Virus record (IMG/VR): IMGVR_UViG_3300042988_000341
Coordinates: 24,578 to 88,577 of that record
DNA from: a virus
DNA: 64,000 bases
Direction: 5' to 3' (one strand)
Shown here: positions 30,378-39,376 of the stretch, in pieces
Position numbering within the stretch: position 1 is the stretch's first letter
How the letters are laid out: every line of letters begins with the position of its first letter
The notes under the pieces: generated by a model
The model's database searches: none
Seen by the model: only the letters and a program-made list of their open reading frames with translations
What the model was told of the DNA's origin: nothing
Translations under genes and position numbers: made by a program

Positions 30378-30554
30378 ATGAACGATAAAGAATGGTTAGA
30401 CAGAGTACAACAGGCTGCTACAGTATACAACGACAGTAGATTACACACAGACTTCCAGGAAGATGAAGTGCTGAAATTCGTGGAATATCTTTACAAACAG
30501 TATGGATACGAGTATAATAAGCCACAACCACGACAACGAAATACGCCAAGATGA
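30378..30554 (+). CDS. Hypothetical 58-aa protein (absent from ORF track)
   Basis: GAGG SD; MNDKEWLDRVQQAATVYN...; ATGA overlap with 30551. Confidence 0.6.
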   Translation: MNDKEWLDRVQQAATVYNDSRLHTDFQEDEVLKFVEYLYKQYGYEYNKPQPRQRNTPR

Positions 30555-30817
30555 AAGTCACCAACAGCCTAGACTGGGACCAAGTTCGCAATGAATTGAA
30601 GTCTCAACTCAGTCAACTTAGTTACAACAGTGACTTACGTAAGATGCTACGTACAATCGACACCTTAGTAGACGAACTATCACGTCTGGAAGTCGAAGCA
30701 CGACAACACGGTAACAGAGGCAGTTACCAGTCAAAATGTACTACTAAAGTAACAGAAATCAATACTGCTATTGATAATCTTGATAAGTGGATTACAATGG
30801 CCTTACTACTCGAATAA
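30551..30817 (+). CDS. Hypothetical helical protein
   Basis: ORF coupled to the upstream gene. Confidence 0.6.
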   Translation: MKVTNSLDWDQVRNELKSQLSQLSYNSDLRKMLRTIDTLVDELSRLEVEARQHGNRGSYQSKCTTKVTEINTAIDNLDKWITMALLLE

Positions 30818-30818
30818 T

Positions 30819-30847
30819 TTGACAGTAAATCGATCCAGTGCTATAAT
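30819..30847 (+). promoter_or_regulatory. Sigma70-type early promoter
   Basis: TTGACA-17-TATAAT with extended -10 TG. Confidence 0.85.
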
Positions 30848-30873
30848 TAACGCTTAGACACTGAAAGACATCG

Positions 30874-31020
30874 ATGAAATACATCCTGATCCTGAAAACT
30901 GGCCGAGTAATGACATTCAACGTCTTGGCGTGTGCTGAGTTGTACACGCAAATCTACGGTGGTACTCTGATCACCTCAATCATCGCTGACGAAGTAGAAA
31001 GTACTACTTCCATTATTTGA
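30874..31020 (+). CDS. Small early protein, 48 aa (absent from ORF track)
   Basis: MKYILILKTGRVMTFNVLACAELYTQIYGGTLI..., directly downstream of the consensus promoter. Confidence 0.55.
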   Translation: MKYILILKTGRVMTFNVLACAELYTQIYGGTLITSIIADEVESTTSII

Positions 31021-31045
31021 CAATAAATCAACAACCTGATACAAT
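31017..31045 (+). promoter_or_regulatory. Sigma70-type early promoter
   Basis: TTGACA-17-TACAAT with extended TG. Confidence 0.8.
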
Positions 31046-31073
31046 ACTTGTATTGAATGATTAACTGGAGTAA

Positions 31074-31283
31074 ATGATGAACAGCTTTGAAATCGACACC
31101 CAATACGTAGTCAACACCTTCCTCGACTACGGCGAAACTGCCCAATTTGAATTCGGTACCCTGTTCGCTAAGTGCTCAGAAGATACAATCGACAACATCA
31201 TCAATCACTTTACTGACAACTTGAAACTCAAAACACAAGTGTCACAATTCGGCAATCAGTTCGCAATCGACTTCGTAGCCTAA
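31074..31283 (+). CDS. Hypothetical early protein
   Basis: GGAG SD, downstream of the promoter. Confidence 0.6.
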   Translation: MMNSFEIDTQYVVNTFLDYGETAQFEFGTLFAKCSEDTIDNIINHFTDNLKLKTQVSQFGNQFAIDFVA

Positions 31284-31293
31284 GGAGCCAACC

Positions 31294-31563
31294 ATGGAAT
31301 ATACAGTCAACATCTTCAAAGCAGATGGTCGTGCTAAGACAGGTGAACGCCTGTTCGGTACATACACATTTGATCGTAATGACACCGCTTCAATGGACCG
31401 TGAAGTCGCCGAATTGAAACGTGCCTATCCTCCAGGTTACCGCTTTGAGTACTATGAGAAGTACAAGACTGTCAAAAGTCTTATGACTGGTCAATCAGTC
31501 AAAATCGACGCTGATACCCCATGGTGCTGTAACCCCGCATCGGAGTCATTCTGGTCCAACTAA
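31294..31563 (+). CDS. Hypothetical early protein
   Basis: AAGGAG SD; C-terminal 'TPWCCNPASESFWS'. Confidence 0.65.
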   Translation: MEYTVNIFKADGRAKTGERLFGTYTFDRNDTASMDREVAELKRAYPPGYRFEYYEKYKTVKSLMTGQSVKIDADTPWCCNPASESFWSN

Positions 31564-31580
31564 ATTGGATCAACTGACCG

Positions 31581-31610
31581 TTGACAGAAACCACCCACCA
31601 CGCTTACAAT
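31581..31610 (+). promoter_or_regulatory. Sigma70-type promoter
   Basis: TTGACA-18-TACAAT upstream of the MoxR gene. Confidence 0.7.
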
Positions 31611-31646
31611 CAATCTATCAAATTTTTTAACTAGGAGTAAATCCCA

Positions 31647-32759
31647 ATGGCATCAGCAGTATCCGACGGCTACACCGTCACCTCTCAACAAGCACGTAAA
31701 GCCCTGCTTACCGCATTCAAAGTAAAGCGTCCCGTATTCTTGTGGGGTCCTCCTGGTATCGGTAAGTCGGATGTAGTTGCCGAGATTACCCAAGAACTAG
31801 GCGGCGCAATGATTGACTTGCGTATGGCCCAGATGGAACCTACCGACATTCGCGGCATCCCCTTCTTCAACAAAGAAGCCGGCAAGATGGACTGGGCTCC
31901 TCCAATTGATTTGCCTGACGCAGAATTCGCCGCCCAACATCCAGTAGTCGTGTTGTTCTTGGACGAAATGAACTCGGCAGCACCATCAGTTCAGGCTGCT
32001 GGCTATCAACTCATTCTCAATCGTCGTGTTGGTAAGTACGTACTACCCGACAACGTGGTAATCGTGGCTGCTGGTAACCGTGACACTGACAAAGGTGTTA
32101 CTTACCGTATGCCTATGCCCTTGGCTAACCGCTTTGTTCACGTTGAAATGCGCCCTGACTTCAACTCATGGCAAGCATGGGCCATTGACAATGGTGTACA
32201 CAATGACGTTGTTGGTTACTTGTCTGGTAACAAGCAAGACATGTACGACTTCGATGCTAAGTCATCGAGTAAAGCATTCGCTACACCACGTAGTTGGGTA
32301 TTCGTGTCCGAATTGTTGAAAGACGAAGACACTATGGACTACGATACCCTGTCAACACTGGTATCTGGCGCTGTTGGCGAAGGCTTGGCTGCTAAGTTCA
32401 TGACCCACCGCCGCTACATGGACAAGATGCCACGTCCTCAAGACATCCTGTCTGGCAAAGTTACCTCGCTTGATACTAAAGAAATCTCTGCGATGTACTC
32501 ATTGACCATCAGTATGTGTTACGAGTTGCGCGAAGTGATGAACAACAAAGAAATCGCACGTGAAAAACTCACTGAAATGGTTGACAACTTCTTGGCATAC
32601 ATGATGAAGAACTTTGAAACAGAGTTGGTAATCATGGGCGGTAAGACAGCACTGACTACTTACCAGATTCCTATGAACCCAATGAAGATGAAATCTTTTG
32701 ACGAGTTTAATAAACGGTTTGGAAAATATATCAGAGCCGCGCACGGCGTAGCTAAGTAA
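31647..32759 (+). CDS. MoxR-like AAA+ ATPase
   Basis: Walker A GPPGIGKS, Walker B LFLDE, AAGN, NRF, TPRSW. Confidence 0.9.
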   Translation: MASAVSDGYTVTSQQARKALLTAFKVKRPVFLWGPPGIGKSDVVAEITQELGGAMIDLRMAQMEPTDIRGIPFFNKEAGKMDWAPPIDLPDAEFAAQHPVVVLFLDEMNSAAPSVQAAGYQLILNRRVGKYVLPDNVVIVAAGNRDTDKGVTYRMPMPLANRFVHVEMRPDFNSWQAWAIDNGVHNDVVGYLSGNKQDMYDFDAKSSSKAFATPRSWVFVSELLKDEDTMDYDTLSTLVSGAVGEGLAAKFMTHRRYMDKMPRPQDILSGKVTSLDTKEISAMYSLTISMCYELREVMNNKEIAREKLTEMVDNFLAYMMKNFETELVIMGGKTALTTYQIPMNPMKMKSFDEFNKRFGKYIRAAHGVAK

Positions 32760-33554
32760 TCATCGATCTCGGGATATCTTCTCAAGAAGTGTCTCGAGGT
32801 CTTGACTACATAGTAGACCCTTGCTCTTGTTATCAACGTGCCATAATACTTCTAAGTTATGAACAGATGCTATTACTTCTGGTGGCACGTTGTTATCATA
32901 TCCGTATCTGATACTGACCATATGATCAAGTTGATGCTCTGTCAGCCCAAATACTAAGTTGTTTGGATTGATTAGATGCTTATGTTCACGATAGGTCTGC
33001 CGGGTCAGCGCCATAACCTGAGACTTGTAACTTCTAAACTCAGCACTCTTGGTATGATCTACCCATCTACCGGATTCTTCATTGGTCTCTCTAGTCTTAG
33101 CAATAACCTTCTCTAGGTTTGGCCCGTATAATTCTCGCCTAGTAGCAATCATTCGCTCATCGATAGTTGGGTCATTCGCTCTAGTAGCAGCCATGGTAAC
33201 TGCTGCCTTCTTAGCAAGCTCCTCGTTGTGAAGTGCGTGGATGCTGCCGTAACGCTCTAACATGGTCTTCGCAGTTATCTTCTTGCCCTCTTCACCGTGT
33301 AGATACATCTTATGTCCATAACGCTCTATACAAGTATTCTCTTTGGACTTCGCTACTTCCTCGGTTTGCCAAGGATAATCTGTGCCGTAGTTCTTACGGC
33401 TGGTATCAATCTTACGTTGCTTTACCGCGGGGCAAGCATTGTGGCTCTTGGAGCACTGATGGACGGGTCTACCAGCAAATGGGCCAGAGCGAAGACTGCC
33501 CTTAGTAGTATGAGTTGCTGCCTGACCGCAGCCATGTTCGCATAGAATATTCAT
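32760..33554 (-). CDS. Free-standing HNH-type homing endonuclease with ERYG repeats
   Basis: N-terminal Cys cluster, 'ERYG' repeats, C-terminal 'LDH...NL...N..KG'. Antisense insertion between the AAA and VWA genes. Confidence 0.65.
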   Translation of the reverse strand: MNILCEHGCGQAATHTTKGSLRSGPFAGRPVHQCSKSHNACPAVKQRKIDTSRKNYGTDYPWQTEEVAKSKENTCIERYGHKMYLHGEEGKKITAKTMLERYGSIHALHNEELAKKAAVTMAATRANDPTIDERMIATRRELYGPNLEKVIAKTRETNEESGRWVDHTKSAEFRSYKSQVMALTRQTYREHKHLINPNNLVFGLTEHQLDHMVSIRYGYDNNVPPEVIASVHNLEVLWHVDNKSKGLLCSQDLETLLEKISRDR

Positions 33555-33560
33555 AGTACT

Positions 33561-33589
33561 ATTGTATCACTATTACTCACAAAAATCAA
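33561..33589 (-). promoter_or_regulatory. Sigma70-type promoter, probably leaderless, for the endonuclease
   Basis: Minus strand reads TTGATT-17-TACAAT (TG extended), then 6 nt, then ATG. Confidence 0.65.
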
Positions 33590-33619
33590 CACTCATTCAT
33601 CCAATATCCATCGATACGC

Positions 33620-33648
33620 TTGACAGTAACCGATACATCAAGTACAAT
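33620..33648 (+). promoter_or_regulatory. Sigma70-type promoter
   Basis: TTGACA-17-TACAAT. Confidence 0.75.
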
Positions 33649-33679
33649 AGATACTTAGACACCATAATAGGACTCACAA

Positions 33680-34969
33680 ATGACAGCACTGACAGCAACA
33701 AAACAACGAAGCAAGACTAAAGGCAAAAATCAAGATAAACTTGACAAACTGGTAGGTCCTGTTGACAAATCGATTGACGCACAAGCACGTGACCGTCTAA
33801 TCATTGCTCGTACCTCGTTGTTGTTCCGTCATTCATTCTTTGGCAACTTAGCCACTCGTCTCAAACTCATCAATGCTGACGAATGGTTGTCTACGGCCGC
33901 CACAGATGGCCGCAACTTCTACTACAACTCTCGCTTCATTATGTTGCTAACAGCAGGCGAAGTTGAGTTCTTGGTAGGTCACGAAGTACTACACGTAGTA
34001 TACGACCACATGGGTCGCCGTGATGACCGTGACCCACAGATGTGGAACATTGCTGATGACTACGCCGTCAATGCTGACTTGAAAAAGCACAACGTCGGTA
34101 CGTTCATTACCTCAGTGCCATGCTTGTACGAAAAGAAGTATGAAGACATGGGCGCGGAAGCAATCTACGATGACTTGATGAAGAACGCCCAAAACATCGA
34201 TATGAACGACTTACTCGATCAACTTATCGATCAGCACATGGACGACAATGATGGTGACAGCGACGGCGAAGGCGATGGCACAGACGGTAAGAAGCCCGGC
34301 AAGATGTCCGCAGAAGAACGTGAACAGATGCGCCAGGAGATCAAGCAAAACATCATCAACGCGGCTCGTGTAGCAAAAGAAGCAGGTCACGGATTACCTG
34401 GTAATGTCAAGCGAATGATCCAAGACATTACTGAGCCTAAGATGCCATGGCGCGAACTCATTCAAGCCAACCTGTTGTCTACCATTCGTACTGACTACTC
34501 GTTTATGCGCCCCTCTCGTCGCGGCTGGCATACTGATGCTATCATGCCCGGTACTGCTCCTGGTGAAGAAGTAGAAGTCACTGTTGCTATCGATACATCT
34601 GGTTCTATTGGTGACAAGGAAATCAGGATCTTCTTGGGTGAAATTCAAGGCATCATGGACGCATTCTCTGGTTACAAGATCAAGGTAATCTCATGGGATA
34701 CTGGTGTACACGCACCTGCCGAGTTCACCTCAGAGAACTTAGAGAGCATCACTGAGTACGTGCCTGGCGGTGGTGGCGGTACTGACCCTAGCTGTATCTT
34801 CGAGTACCTCAAGGAAGAAGGTGTGGTGCCTAATCGTCTAATCGTCTTAACAGACGGCTACTTCTATGGTAGTTCTGGTGACCCTGACTACTGCGATACA
34901 ACCTGGATCATCTTTGGAAACCCAGGATTCGTGGCACCGTTCGGCACACACGCTCACTATCAAGAATAA
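33680..34969 (+). CDS. Metallopeptidase-like plus VWA-like protein (DUF2201 type), MoxR partner
   Basis: 'TAATDG', HExxH 'HEVLH', MIDAS 'DTSGS', 'GGGGT', 'LTDG'. Confidence 0.85.
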   Translation: MTALTATKQRSKTKGKNQDKLDKLVGPVDKSIDAQARDRLIIARTSLLFRHSFFGNLATRLKLINADEWLSTAATDGRNFYYNSRFIMLLTAGEVEFLVGHEVLHVVYDHMGRRDDRDPQMWNIADDYAVNADLKKHNVGTFITSVPCLYEKKYEDMGAEAIYDDLMKNAQNIDMNDLLDQLIDQHMDDNDGDSDGEGDGTDGKKPGKMSAEEREQMRQEIKQNIINAARVAKEAGHGLPGNVKRMIQDITEPKMPWRELIQANLLSTIRTDYSFMRPSRRGWHTDAIMPGTAPGEEVEVTVAIDTSGSIGDKEIRIFLGEIQGIMDAFSGYKIKVISWDTGVHAPAEFTSENLESITEYVPGGGGGTDPSCIFEYLKEEGVVPNRLIVLTDGYFYGSSGDPDYCDTTWIIFGNPGFVAPFGTHAHYQE

Positions 34970-35196
34970 TGGCTATTGTCAAGCACAGCAATGAAGTTAC
35001 GGTACTAGTATACGCCGATCAATCAGGCGAAGTATATTACCGTAATCAGTTCAATAGTCCTATCGATAGTTCAGAGGCTGCTATCGAGCGTTGGCATAAA
35101 TGGCTTCACGTGTTGAACACTGCTGAACAGTATCCAGGGCTTAGTGAAGCAATCACTGATATTGAAGTTCTATACGAATTGATTAGGCCAGAATGA
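34969..35196 (+). CDS. Hypothetical protein
   Basis: Coupled ORF in the operon. Confidence 0.55.
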   Translation: MAIVKHSNEVTVLVYADQSGEVYYRNQFNSPIDSSEAAIERWHKWLHVLNTAEQYPGLSEAITDIEVLYELIRPE

Positions 35197-35522
35197 GAGA
35201 AAGTGAACACGAATACGTTATTATGTGGAACGAGGATGATATTCTCGATCTCATTGATGTCACGGCACACGAACAGTATCAACTCGTACTGATGCTCAAG
35301 GGTGATCCTGCTGCCGATCAGATAGGTAACCCTATGCGGGCTATGGTCATCAGTGCGGTATTAGACGGCAAGCATAACAGAGAAATCTGGCGCTTTAATA
35401 GTAAGCTCGAAGCAGAAGAAATCTGCGACGAGTGGGAAGAAAATCGACAATCGGTTATGGATGAAGTTCGCGAAGCCGGTGAACTCATCTATGACACCTA
35501 TGGAAGAAAAGTAAAATGCTAA
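35193..35522 (+). CDS. Hypothetical protein
   Basis: ATGA overlap with the previous gene. Confidence 0.6.
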   Translation: MRESEHEYVIMWNEDDILDLIDVTAHEQYQLVLMLKGDPAADQIGNPMRAMVISAVLDGKHNREIWRFNSKLEAEEICDEWEENRQSVMDEVREAGELIYDTYGRKVKC

Positions 35523-35920
35523 TTGGAACAAGTCTCGGTCGTTGCCTAGTAAGTATCCTCAACGGCGAAGTTGAGCGTGATAACGTAGCACTCATCATCA
35601 CCCGTACTCGTGCGGCAGATTATGAACGCTTCTTAGCAGTCATTCGGTCATACTTCGATAACGGCAACTACGGAGCATCACAGGCGGCCGGCTATGAATT
35701 CACCGGGCACGAGTGGGAAGAGGTGGAAGGGTTAGCGCATCACTTGTGGCATCAAGGCCGCATTCACCAGCCCCGCACCTTCCGTGACAATGGGTTGTAC
35801 CTGCTACCAGAAATGAAGCACACCCTGTGGATGGAAGTAGTACCGACACTGAACTCGACTAATGAGAGCGTGATGCAAGCATACGAACACTACCAGACCC
35901 TGCGTGACCTGACAAAATAA
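35516..35920 (+). CDS. Hypothetical protein
   Basis: Overlapping ORF with phage-like codon usage. Confidence 0.6.
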   Translation: MLIGTSLGRCLVSILNGEVERDNVALIITRTRAADYERFLAVIRSYFDNGNYGASQAAGYEFTGHEWEEVEGLAHHLWHQGRIHQPRTFRDNGLYLLPEMKHTLWMEVVPTLNSTNESVMQAYEHYQTLRDLTK

Positions 35921-35932
35921 ATTACCATCACT

Positions 35933-35970
35933 TCCTAGTGTTAAATACTACAACTATCTAACACTAAGGA
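35933..35970 (+). promoter_or_regulatory. Late promoter inside an SD-sequestering hairpin
   Basis: Arms TCCTAGTGTTA and TAACACTAAGGA flank TTAAATA (35941-35947). Confidence 0.65.
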
Positions 35971-35980
35971 GACAGATAAC

Positions 35981-36640
35981 ATGGCACAATTCTTACGTCA
36001 TATCGGGCAAGTCGGAGATCGCAAAGTAGCGGTAATCTTCCGTGAGGTACCTAACGAACCACATATGTGTATCGTTGTTTATTCCCAGCTCTTAAACAGA
36101 AACATCCACGATCCCCTAATGGCAGCAATCGAAAGCCCAAGCGGCCAAGCAGCCAAGGACCTAGGCGATCAACTCAATCGTTCATACACAATGGACGGCA
36201 AGATCATTCTTCAAGTACTTCACCACGAAGGCATGATGAAGAAAGTCAACACCGATCAAGTGATGATGACGCCAGCAGCCAACACAAAAATTCGTCTAAG
36301 CGAATTGAACACAATGTTGGACGAGATGGAAAAGGGCGAGGCAGCAGTTCGCAAGTTGGCTGAGATGGACGCATCACGTGGACTACAAGACCCAGCTGAC
36401 GTAGCTCGTCGTATGCGCGGTGAACAACCATCAACTGATGCTTCTATGGGCGCCCTAGCCGATGATGCTATCGCTAAGAACTTGTTAGTTCAAGCTGAGC
36501 GCATGGCACAAGAAGCTAAAGGCCTAATCGCTGAGAGCGAACGTCTACGTAACGAAGCACAGGGAATGATCGCGATAAATACACCAGAGCCAGCAAAGCG
36601 CGGCCGCGGTCGTCCAGCAAAGGCTCCTGTTAAAGGATAA
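35981..36640 (+). CDS. Hypothetical protein with coiled coil and C-terminal AT-hook-like motif
   Basis: AAGGAG SD; 'KRGRGRP' at the C-terminus. Confidence 0.65.
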   Translation: MAQFLRHIGQVGDRKVAVIFREVPNEPHMCIVVYSQLLNRNIHDPLMAAIESPSGQAAKDLGDQLNRSYTMDGKIILQVLHHEGMMKKVNTDQVMMTPAANTKIRLSELNTMLDEMEKGEAAVRKLAEMDASRGLQDPADVARRMRGEQPSTDASMGALADDAIAKNLLVQAERMAQEAKGLIAESERLRNEAQGMIAINTPEPAKRGRGRPAKAPVKG

Positions 36641-36645
36641 GCCAA

Positions 36646-36942
36646 ATGTCGCCTGAATTCGTCGAAAAGTGGGAACACATTATTCAAGATGTCGAGAAAA
36701 CGAAGATACCAGTAGAGTTCATTCGTAAACTGGTAGTCAAACTATCTGGTCGCCGTCAACGAACAATCAATGTTCAACAGCTTCTCGATCAGGGTATGGA
36801 ACCAGAAGACATTGAAGAGTTAGTCAGTCAAAAGTTAGAAGAGTATGATGACGATATGATTAGTGTTGAGTTCATTCTCAACATTGAAGGCATTGCCGAG
36901 ATCGTACAACCTGAAACTGACAGCTTACTCAAGGGACTATGA
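36646..36942 (+). CDS. Hypothetical acidic protein
   Basis: AAGGA SD; coupled to folA. Confidence 0.6.
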   Translation: MSPEFVEKWEHIIQDVEKTKIPVEFIRKLVVKLSGRRQRTINVQQLLDQGMEPEDIEELVSQKLEEYDDDMISVEFILNIEGIAEIVQPETDSLLKGL

Positions 36943-37400
36943 AAGCAATATTCGCAGTTGACGCTATTGGTGGATTCGGTACAGCTACCGGTCTACCATG
37001 GCCACATTGTGCGGCAGACATGCGCCGCTTCAAAGAACTCACAGTTGATCAAACAGTAGTCATGGGCAGTGGCACATGGCGCAGTGACATGCCTAAGCCA
37101 CTACCAAAGCGCCGCAACATTGTGCTATCTCGTTCGTTAACGGACAATCGCTGTGAAGTATACGCAAGCATTCAACAACTGATGATGAACGTCAAGGAAG
37201 ACGAGAGTGTATGGGTAATCGGCGGCGCTGAGACCCTATGGAAACTTCGTCCGTACATCAACACGGTATATCTAACCCGCTTCAAACTCATCACCAAGTC
37301 AACAGTGACGATGAAGACAGACCTCTTCCTCGAAGGGTTCAATTTATCCAAAACAGAAGATTTTGGTGATCACACGCTTGACATCTACACACGAGCGTGA
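36939..37400 (+). CDS. folA: Dihydrofolate reductase
   Basis: 'LPWPH..ADMRRFKELT', 'VVMG..TW', 'PLPKRRNIVLSR', 'VIGGA'. Confidence 0.92.
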   Translation: MKAIFAVDAIGGFGTATGLPWPHCAADMRRFKELTVDQTVVMGSGTWRSDMPKPLPKRRNIVLSRSLTDNRCEVYASIQQLMMNVKEDESVWVIGGAETLWKLRPYINTVYLTRFKLITKSTVTMKTDLFLEGFNLSKTEDFGDHTLDIYTRA

Positions 37401-37406
37401 TATCAT
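37378..37406 (+). promoter_or_regulatory. Sigma70-type promoter at the 3' end of folA
   Basis: TTGACA-17-TATCAT with extended TG, 5 nt before the ATG at 37412. Confidence 0.7.
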
Positions 37407-37411
37407 GGATA

Positions 37412-38092
37412 ATGGTACCTCGAAACAAACTGACTAAAGAAATCGTCAATGAACGTCTCCATCTCGATGGCAGAGGAATTCAGATGATAGGTGATTTTCA
37501 TGGAGTAATGGTCAAAAGTAAATTTTCTTGTACCAAAGATCACGAATGGTTAGCGTTACCGAATGGAATAATGTCAGGAAAAGGATGTCCTCATTGTGCC
37601 GGTCAATTTCCTTTATCTAAAGAAATTATAAATCATCGACTTGCTTTGGCTGATAGAGGAATTCAAATGACGGGTGTCTATTCAAATAACTATACGATAA
37701 CTGAATTTGAGTGCTCATACGGCCATAATTGGCTAGCCCGTCCCAATGGAATAATGTCAGGAAAAGGATGTCCTCAATGCTCATTATATGGATATAAGAC
37801 AAATAAACCAGGGTATCTATATCTTCTAAATTTTGGCGAATTTATAAAATATGGGATAACCAATAATTTGAAACGGAGATTACAGGAGCATAAAAAGAAT
37901 GGAAAATATAGCACGATCCTCACTCAATATTATGACGATGGTAATGTTCCTAAAGATATAGAGAGAAAAATAAAAAATACACTTGGCGGCAAATTTGTAA
38001 CTGAGGAAGTATTTGAAGATGGATGGACTGAGACCCTCAGTATTTCTAAAATCGACGAAGTGCTCAAGATAATTGATCCATTATTGTTGTAA
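37412..38092 (+). CDS. Free-standing GIY-YIG-like homing endonuclease with two zinc-ribbon repeats
   Basis: Two 61-aa repeats ending 'C...H.W.A.PNGIMSGKGCP.C'; C-terminal 'GYLYLL..FIKYGIT..LKRRLQEH'. AT-richer than neighbours and lies between folA and thyA. Confidence 0.7.
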   Translation: MVPRNKLTKEIVNERLHLDGRGIQMIGDFHGVMVKSKFSCTKDHEWLALPNGIMSGKGCPHCAGQFPLSKEIINHRLALADRGIQMTGVYSNNYTITEFECSYGHNWLARPNGIMSGKGCPQCSLYGYKTNKPGYLYLLNFGEFIKYGITNNLKRRLQEHKKNGKYSTILTQYYDDGNVPKDIERKIKNTLGGKFVTEEVFEDGWTETLSISKIDEVLKIIDPLLL

Positions 38093-38115
38093 TTTCAAAT
38101 TAAGGCTGATATAAT
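38087..38115 (+). promoter_or_regulatory. Sigma70-type promoter for thyA, probably leaderless
   Basis: TTGTAA-17-TATAAT (TG extended), then 6 nt, then ATG; no SD. Confidence 0.7.
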
Positions 38116-38121
38116 AAAAAT

Positions 38122-39033
38122 ATGAAAATATATCACGAATTATTACAAGACATTCTTCAGAATGGTGAATCAAGAGAGGATAGAACCGGCGTCGGTACTA
38201 TATCTGTTTTTGGCCGCCAGATGAGATTCAACCTTCAAGATGGATTTCCAGCCATCACTACTAAGAAGTTGGCATTCAATGCCTGTAAAGCGGAATTACT
38301 CTGGTTTTTGGAGGGCAGTAATGATGAACGCCGCCTCGCCGAAATAACTCATGGGACCAAAGATGGCACAACTACTATCTGGACCCCTAATGCTCTGGCT
38401 CCATATTGGAAGCCCAAAGCTAAGTTCGATGGAGATTTGGGCAGAGTGTACGGTGTACAGTGGAGACGCTGGCAAAAAGTTGAATTATCTAAGAGGAAAA
38501 CAATCAATGACGATTTTGGTAATAGTTATCGCGGGTCTAATAATGTTACGGTTCAAGAGATTGACCAAGTACGAGAACTCATCGACGGAATCAAAACAAA
38601 CCCGTACGGACGCAGACACATAATCTCAGCATGGAACGTAGCAGACCTAACCGATATGGCCCTTCCGCCGTGTCATATTCTCCAACAATATTATGTGAGT
38701 AAAGATGGTCGACTGAGTTGTCATATGTACCAAAGATCGCAAGACGTATTTTTGGGCGCTCCGTTCAATTATGCCAGTTACGCTCTACTCACCCATATGA
38801 TAGCACATGTATGTGACTTGCAGGTAGGTGAACTAGTAGTATCTACTGGCGACACTCACGTATATGCTAATCACGTAGAGCAAGTCAAAGAGCAACTGTC
38901 TCGTGAACCTTTACCTGCTCCTAAGTTGTGGCTAAATCCGGAAATTAAAGATATCGATAAGTTCACTATGGACGACATCAAGCTGATTGGATACGAAAGT
39001 CATCCACCCATTAAAGCACCGATGGCAGTCTAA
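38122..39033 (+). CDS. thyA: Thymidylate synthase
   Basis: 'DRTGVGT', 'ELLWFL', 'YGVQWR', 'MALPPCH', 'YQRS.D..LG.PFN', 'GDTHVY.NH'. Confidence 0.97.
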   Translation: MKIYHELLQDILQNGESREDRTGVGTISVFGRQMRFNLQDGFPAITTKKLAFNACKAELLWFLEGSNDERRLAEITHGTKDGTTTIWTPNALAPYWKPKAKFDGDLGRVYGVQWRRWQKVELSKRKTINDDFGNSYRGSNNVTVQEIDQVRELIDGIKTNPYGRRHIISAWNVADLTDMALPPCHILQQYYVSKDGRLSCHMYQRSQDVFLGAPFNYASYALLTHMIAHVCDLQVGELVVSTGDTHVYANHVEQVKEQLSREPLPAPKLWLNPEIKDIDKFTMDDIKLIGYESHPPIKAPMAV

Positions 39034-39368
39034 TGGCTCGTGCGTATCCCACTGACAAGGGCTATCTGGGCGAAGTGCCTGGTAGCCCTACTCATGATGT
39101 AATGGTCATTGATGACGTAGTGTACAAAATCTACAATACTATCGTTCACTCATTTATGATGGGAGACGTAGACGAACCTGACTTGTACGCTGCTCAACCT
39201 CTGTGGGAATGGGAGAACAGTGAGGCTGGTCAGTGGGTTATGGAGAACGCTATCGAGACTCCGATGTGGCACAGACAGGCAGACTACACGACATACGGCA
39301 CTCGCTATGTTATTACAGCGAAACTAAAAGACGTTGACCACACTTACTTTTTGATGAAATACAAATAA
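39033..39368 (+). CDS. Hypothetical protein
   Basis: Coupled to thyA. Confidence 0.6.
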   Translation: MARAYPTDKGYLGEVPGSPTHDVMVIDDVVYKIYNTIVHSFMMGDVDEPDLYAAQPLWEWENSEAGQWVMENAIETPMWHRQADYTTYGTRYVITAKLKDVDHTYFLMKYK

Positions 39369-39376
39369 GGAACACA

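Noticed and set aside
37412-38092. Possible group I intron in thyA, as in T4 td
   Set aside because: folA and thyA are each uninterrupted; the endonuclease is free-standing between them.
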